A stretch of DNA of 64,000 nt from Candidatus Bathyarchaeia archaeon. GTDB lineage: Archaea; Thermoproteota; Bathyarchaeia; Bathyarchaeales; Bathycorpusculaceae. How positions within the stretch are numbered: the first letter of the stretch is position 1; every line of letters starts with the position of its first letter. The notes below the pieces were generated by a model. That model worked only from the letters and a program-made list of their open reading frames with translations. It made no database searches and had not been told where the DNA came from. Below, in pieces: positions 57,994-64,000 of this stretch. Where the stretch lies: assembly GCA_049516875.1 (NCBI GenBank), contig JBEKSS010000003.1:174759-238758 (forward strand), given 5' to 3'. The position numbers were made by a program, and so were the translations under genes.

Positions 57994-58905
57994 GTGGACA
58001 TCTATTCTGCGTCCGTGAAGTGTATGCATGATAAACTTGGAAAGCTGCTTGCATGTCCAGTCTGTTCAGCTTCTCTCTCCTTTGAAGGAGCGATGTGCGA
58101 CAACCGCTATTTCAACGGATATTTCAAGTGCCCTTCGGGACACGTGTTTCAGGTTAAGGAGCAAATTGGGTTTCTCAAAGATGCGAAACTGTCGGAGAAG
58201 GAATTTGAATGGAAAGTGAACGTGGCAGACGAGAAGAAATACTTGGAAGTAAGGCGGAAATATGACTCGTACCTTAGAGACGACCAGAAAGCAGCCACAC
58301 GGAAAATGATGGACAAGCTTCTTGACCATGTGAGTCGTTCAAGCCAGCAATCTGACGATACAGTGTTGGATGCTGCAAGCGGAATGGGCACTTTTCTTCT
58401 TCCTCTGCTCGACAAATCTTCTGCGAATTCTCTAGTAATAGGAACCGATATAGATGAAAGGCCGTTGCGCGGCTTGATGAACAGATCCCTCAAAGCCGGA
58501 ACCTACGATAAACTTTCACTTGTCGTGACAGATGCCAAACACTTGTGTTTCAAGAATGCAGTGTTCTCAACTGTTTCTTCATTTTTCGGTTTTGACAATG
58601 TGCCTGAAACAGTGTTGGCGCTCAGGGAATGCGCCAGAGTTCTGCGTGCTGGCGGCCGGACGTTCTTCGTTTCTATTTGGTACCGGGAAGGGTCAGAGAG
58701 CATGCGAATCGCTGAGGAGCACAACTGCGGGCAGATTGCGAGTGAAGGTCGCTTGAAAGACGCGTTGGCCAAGTCAGGGCTAGTGCTTGATCAGGTGGAG
58801 GAGGCATACTCTGGTTTGTGGCCGCACAATCCGATGGATTTACTGCCTGTTGAGGGTGATGAGTACTCGCACGTAATCGTGTCTGCAAGAAAGCCTAAGC
58901 ATTGA
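57994..58905 (+). CDS. Class I SAM-dependent methyltransferase with N-terminal Zn-ribbon/Trm112-like domain
   Basis: LACPVC...KCPSGH, VLDAASGMG, GTDID and ARVLRAGG. Confidence 0.85.
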   Translation: MDIYSASVKCMHDKLGKLLACPVCSASLSFEGAMCDNRYFNGYFKCPSGHVFQVKEQIGFLKDAKLSEKEFEWKVNVADEKKYLEVRRKYDSYLRDDQKAATRKMMDKLLDHVSRSSQQSDDTVLDAASGMGTFLLPLLDKSSANSLVIGTDIDERPLRGLMNRSLKAGTYDKLSLVVTDAKHLCFKNAVFSTVSSFFGFDNVPETVLALRECARVLRAGGRTFFVSIWYREGSESMRIAEEHNCGQIASEGRLKDALAKSGLVLDQVEEAYSGLWPHNPMDLLPVEGDEYSHVIVSARKPKH

Positions 58906-59005
58906 AACTTTGCAGGCGCGTCACTGGTAGAGGGCGGAACGGTCCAGTATGAAATTGATGTAAATTGAAAAGCACGGTGTCTGCTCGCGGGTTTGCAGAC
59001 TTTAA

Positions 59006-60076
<1,071 letters not shown>

Positions 60077-60135
60077 CCCGAACCTAAAGAGTGAATTCTA
60101 AAACACTCTCGTCATTTTTTTTGTGTTGTTAGGAG

Positions 60136-61374
60136 TTGGAAAGCATGCCGAAGTTCCTTACGCTGGACGACGTGAAAGTCAAGGATAAAGTCGTGCTGGT
60201 GAGGGTTGACTTCAACTCGGCGATTGATCCGAAGACTCAGAAGATCTTGGAGGACGCGAGAATTCAGGCTCATGCTGAAACGACGATCAAAGAGCTTGCG
60301 GACAAGGGCGCAAAGGTTGTGATATTGGCGCATCAGGGACGCAAGGGAGACCCAGATTTTATCCCCCTGAAGCAGCACGCTGAAATCCTCGGCAAAATCC
60401 TGAAGAAACCGGTTAAGTATGTTGATGATCTTTTCGGAGAAAAGGCCAAGAACGCGATTAGAAGTTTGAAGAGCGGCGAAATCCTCGTGTTGGAGAATGT
60501 GAGGACGTTTGCCGGTGAAACCAAAGACGGTTCTCCGGAAGAACATGCGAAGACGGAGCTTGTGAAGAACCTTGCTCCGCTGGCGGATCTTTTCGTGAAC
60601 GATGCTTTCGCAGCCGTGCACAGGGCGCACGTGTCAATAATAGGGTTTACAGCCGTGTTGCCCAGTGTTGCGGGACGCATAATGGAGAGAGAACTGAAAT
60701 CGCTCGGCAAGGTGCTGGAAAACCCGGAAAAACCATGCGTCTTCATACTCGGAGGTGCCAAGGCAGACGACTCCCTTGAAATATCAAAATACGTATTGGA
60801 CAAGGAAATAGCTGACTACGTGCTCACAGGAGGAGTCGTGGGCCAAGTGTTCCTGGCAGCAAAAGGCGTAGACCTAGGCAAACCAAACATGGATTACTTG
60901 CAGAAAAAAGAACTCTTGAGCTTCCTACCCGGCATAAAAGCACTCATCCAAAAATATCCGGACATAATCAAGACTCCGCAGGATATGGCCGTGGAAGTGG
61001 GTGGCAAAAGAAAAGAGATATCAGTCAATGCGTTGCCCACAGAATACCCTACCTATGACATCGGAGCAAAAACGGTTGATGAATATACCAAGATCATAAG
61101 AAAGGCAAAATCAATCGTTATTAGCGGGCCGATGGGAGTTTATGAGAACAAGGAGTTCAGTTTTGGAACGAAAAGAATTCTTGAAGAGGTTGCGAATTCT
61201 AAGGCTTTTTCTCTGGCAGGTGGAGGACACACGATATCTGCTATTGAAGAGTTTGGGTTGACCAAGAAGATCTCGTACGTCAGCACAGCGGGTGGGGCGT
61301 TGATAGAGTTTCTGATGGGGAAGAAGCTTCCGGGCGTCGTTGCGCTGGAAAAGGCTGCAGCCAGAACAGGTTAA
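60136..61374 (+). CDS. pgk: Phosphoglycerate kinase (archaeal type)
   Basis: VRVDFNS, AHQGR, LENVR, NDAFAAVHR, GGAKADD, GGGHT and STAGGA. Confidence 0.97.
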   Translation: MESMPKFLTLDDVKVKDKVVLVRVDFNSAIDPKTQKILEDARIQAHAETTIKELADKGAKVVILAHQGRKGDPDFIPLKQHAEILGKILKKPVKYVDDLFGEKAKNAIRSLKSGEILVLENVRTFAGETKDGSPEEHAKTELVKNLAPLADLFVNDAFAAVHRAHVSIIGFTAVLPSVAGRIMERELKSLGKVLENPEKPCVFILGGAKADDSLEISKYVLDKEIADYVLTGGVVGQVFLAAKGVDLGKPNMDYLQKKELLSFLPGIKALIQKYPDIIKTPQDMAVEVGGKRKEISVNALPTEYPTYDIGAKTVDEYTKIIRKAKSIVISGPMGVYENKEFSFGTKRILEEVANSKAFSLAGGGHTISAIEEFGLTKKISYVSTAGGALIEFLMGKKLPGVVALEKAAARTG

Positions 61375-61571
61375 CGTCACATACCGTTTCGAATAGCGCG
61401 TGTTGCTCTTGTTGTGTGGAGTGTGTGCGTGCGTGCAACGGTGGTAGGGCCCTCTATTTGGTTCCAAATAGCCTTAACCTTATTCTTCATGTATCTCACT
61501 AAGAATCTAGGGGTTAAGGTTGCTTAAACGGAATAGTAGAAGAATCCTCTAGTTGCAGTTTTCTGAATGGG

Positions 61572-62249
61572 TCATTTCATCTCTTCTATTTGGTATAATT
61601 GAGTTAGGGCACGAGAATTTAGCGGAATTGTATTGCTTACGATGCTTTGCAGATAAGGTTCAAGATTCCACAAACCTAACGGATTACATATGAAATGAAG
61701 CCAATTATTTCGTTCATTTTGGGTTGTTAGACGCTCATTGATTAACTTCATGATGTATACTGCAATTTCATTATCGTTCTTCCATGTTTGGTTTTTCGTT
61801 TTATCATCTTCCAAGATTTCAAGAGCGATTTCAGTTCCTTTTGATGCAAAATTGAGTATTTCCTCGGTAGAAGAGGCTTTGTAAATGGCTAGAGTATTTG
61901 GATTGCGAAGGTCAAATTCATAGTCCCGCACTTGCATGTCCAAGTTCGGATTGACCAAATATTGTGAAGCCAATTCAGTCATTGTATTCTGAATTTCCTT
62001 TGGTATTTTGTTTTTTTGTGCCTCTGAAAGGTCTTTGGTACGGCTTGCGGGGGGATTCATTGAAAGAATGTTAAGACAGACATAGAGCGAATCGGGATTG
62101 GGGGGGTTATTGAAGTGGTAGGTCAAGACACAACCATCTATTAATGAACCTTGCCACTTAGAGACTTTACGTCTGAATATCTTGTGTAGTTTAATCTGCG
62201 TATCGGCATTGCAGAGAAAATTGAAATGGACCCACATTTTCGCTCGCAT
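61572..62249 (-). CDS. Hypothetical protein (AT-rich, likely acquired)
   Basis: 225-aa ORF with a BRE/TATA-like promoter at 62268-62292; no family recognised. Confidence 0.7.
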   Translation of the reverse strand: MRAKMWVHFNFLCNADTQIKLHKIFRRKVSKWQGSLIDGCVLTYHFNNPPNPDSLYVCLNILSMNPPASRTKDLSEAQKNKIPKEIQNTMTELASQYLVNPNLDMQVRDYEFDLRNPNTLAIYKASSTEEILNFASKGTEIALEILEDDKTKNQTWKNDNEIAVYIMKLINERLTTQNERNNWLHFICNPLGLWNLEPYLQSIVSNTIPLNSRALTQLYQIEEMK

Positions 62250-62740
62250 TTTCTTCTGTTGTTTGTTTCAGCTATAACTTTCCGCAAAATCACAAAACTG
62301 GCTTGAGGGCACCGATAGGAGAAAGCTCTTGTCGTTGTTCTCTTTTCCTTTTCTGGTCCTTCTCACGCTGCAATTTTTTATGTTGCTCAAGACCTTCTGC
62401 TTTCTTTGCTTTTCTTGACAAATTAATACCTAAACAGCCCATTGAGGCATAAACATGCTCTAAAACCTTCTCCTTTTATACCTTTCATGCTATACGCCCT
62501 AATAACGTCCGGTCTACTTATGGAAGATTCAACGTTCTTTCTGGAAGAAATAGCCATAATTGCCTATAGCAGCATAAAGCAGTCCGTCCTTGGGTAGCGA
62601 GCTTTAACTCAACGGTTTCTCATAAGACTTAGCTGGTGAAAGTCGAAATAATCATGGCGCCTATGATGATGTTCTTTTTTCCCAAGATGATTTGACATTA
62701 AATTGATTCTGAGGCGCCACAACACCATCTTCTAGAGTAG

Positions 62741-62833
62741 GCTCACAATGAGCTTGTAGAGCAACTGAAAGAAGAGAAAAAACTCGGTGAAGGAATAAAG
62801 AGAAATTTGGAGAGTATTGGATATAGCGTCTGA
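62741..62833 (+). pseudogene. Remnant resembling the C-terminus of type I R-M methyltransferase HsdM
   Basis: Startless frame AHNELVEQLKEEKKLGEGIKRNLESIGYSV*. Confidence 0.45.
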
Positions 62834-63619
62834 GGAAGAGCCGCAGTCCAAGCAAACTGCAAACTGGCTTAAAAGGACAGATAGATAGCTAATTCTATTG
62901 TGGGTTGAAATTATGACGGAAGAAAACGAGAAGCGAATCATCAAATTACTTGAGGCAATACTTAGAAGATTGGGAGTCATAGACCATGATTTAGTGCTTA
63001 TTTATGACAACCAATAAGAACCTTCCTTTTTCTTTTTTTTGTCTTCTTGCTCAGCTATAACTTTTCCGAGAAATCAGAAGCCATTAGGCGTTTGACACTA
63101 TGCGCTTCTGAGTTTTGTAGGAACTTTGAACTCATCCATTTCTCCTACATGAAAAACCTACGCACTTAGTATACTGCCTCTTTTCAAATCTCTCTGTTGA
63201 TATCCACTTGGAGTTAAGGAGTGTGGTCATGACACTCTTTCAGTGGTCGGTCTGACACTTTCATTATGGCAGTATATGACTTTGTTAGTTTGTTCGGTCT
63301 TTTGAGGTTCGGTCTCTGTATCCTCTTCTGAGCGTGGTGAATTTGTCTTTTCCCTCTATGCTCTATCCTGTCTCTCCTTGAATCTAGGATAATTCTCAAC
63401 AAATTGAATAGAATATGCTACATCAACCAATGACCTAACAAGCATGGAGTCATCTATCTATGGAGAGGGTCAATTCAGAGTTCCCATCAAGTGCAACCTA
63501 CAGTTGTCGGTTGTATATCGTAAATGGAGTCTTCTATTTTTGGGGTTTATGCTGTCGCCTAGTTTGAAGTTGGAATCATAATCTACATGGAGTTAGAAAT
63601 TATAGCATGACAAAGAAAC

Positions 63620-63814
63620 TTAGCTGAATTCGACCTTTTCCTTTTGCTGTTCAAGATAAACGATAAGATGTTTCTTACAAAAATAATGGTTGCAACCTTC
63701 GTCACAAGTAACTCTATATTCGATTTTTTCCATGCAATCTTTTCCGTAGAAATAATCCTCTTCTGTGTTATACACATCGCAAGAAAAATCATTTGGTTGT
63801 GGTAATTTTGTCAC
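63620..63814 (-). CDS. Small Cys/His-rich (Zn-binding) protein
   Basis: C...C...CDEGC...FCKKH; overlaps the upstream ORF. Confidence 0.55.
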   Translation of the reverse strand: MTKLPQPNDFSCDVYNTEEDYFYGKDCMEKIEYRVTCDEGCNHYFCKKHLIVYLEQQKEKVEFS

Positions 63815-63983
63815 CTTTTTCGTTCAATCGCCTCTTCATCAATGCTACTGGCTTTCCATCACATTTAGGGCAATACCAGAATCTACCAATGACCATTCTC
63901 TTAGTCTTATCTTCCTTGCACTTGCCGCCGCATTTCAGGCAACGATGTGCCTTAATTAACTTCCATTCTTTTGCTGTCTTCAT
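63789..63983 (-). CDS. Small zinc-ribbon protein
   Basis: CLKCGG...WYCPKCDG; RBS gaggtga upstream. Confidence 0.65.
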   Translation of the reverse strand: MKTAKEWKLIKAHRCLKCGGKCKEDKTKRMVIGRFWYCPKCDGKPVALMKRRLNEKGDKITTTK

Positions 63984-64000
63984 TCTTTTTTCACCTCTTT

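Noticed and set aside
57994-58905. Methyltransferase as part of a methylglucose-polysaccharide pathway with the GT4/GH57 cluster
   Set aside because: It is separated by unrelated genes and no sequence feature ties it to glucan methylation; too speculative.

Overview
Archaeal chromosomal segment. The gene content and style suggest Bathyarchaeia/TACK (inference): class III signal-peptide pilins, a PEF-CTERM protein, CTP-dependent riboflavin kinase, archaeal ArgRS/PGK/DHS and GGAGGTGA RBSs. Layout from left to right: pyk, comB; a type IV pilus locus with a divergent, Walker-A-degenerate KaiC-like gene, whose giant pilin-adhesin gene is frameshifted by a perfect 55-bp tandem duplication (3.3-13.3 kb); an accessory region (13.4-25.2 kb); tRNA-Arg(GCG); housekeeping genes (ABC exporter, HDAC, argS, two convergent deoxyhypusine synthases, MDH, split RimK, HtpX, thyX, CofE-like, ACD alpha, ribK, ino1); a 10-kb alpha-glucan cluster; gcvH, NADH oxidase, a methyltransferase, class I GAPDH and pgk; and an AT-rich, decayed mobile-like end. 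The accessory region holds a PQQ-propeller surface protein, a secreted Ntn-hydrolase, a MenA1/MenT1-like toxin-antitoxin pair plus a decayed copy, a HerA-like ATPase between duplicated genes, and a small secreted peptide-Lrp-like regulator-PadR cassette. The glucan cluster is built from a repeated [wHTH]-[half-GT4]-[GT4]><[GH57] module. A family of TAGCGCGC-ended MITE-like elements is scattered through intergenic DNA. The best candidates for undescribed systems are the modular GT4/half-GT4/wHTH/DUF5752/GH57 cluster and the peptide-regulator cassette. All family assignments come from motif recognition by eye; no searches were run.
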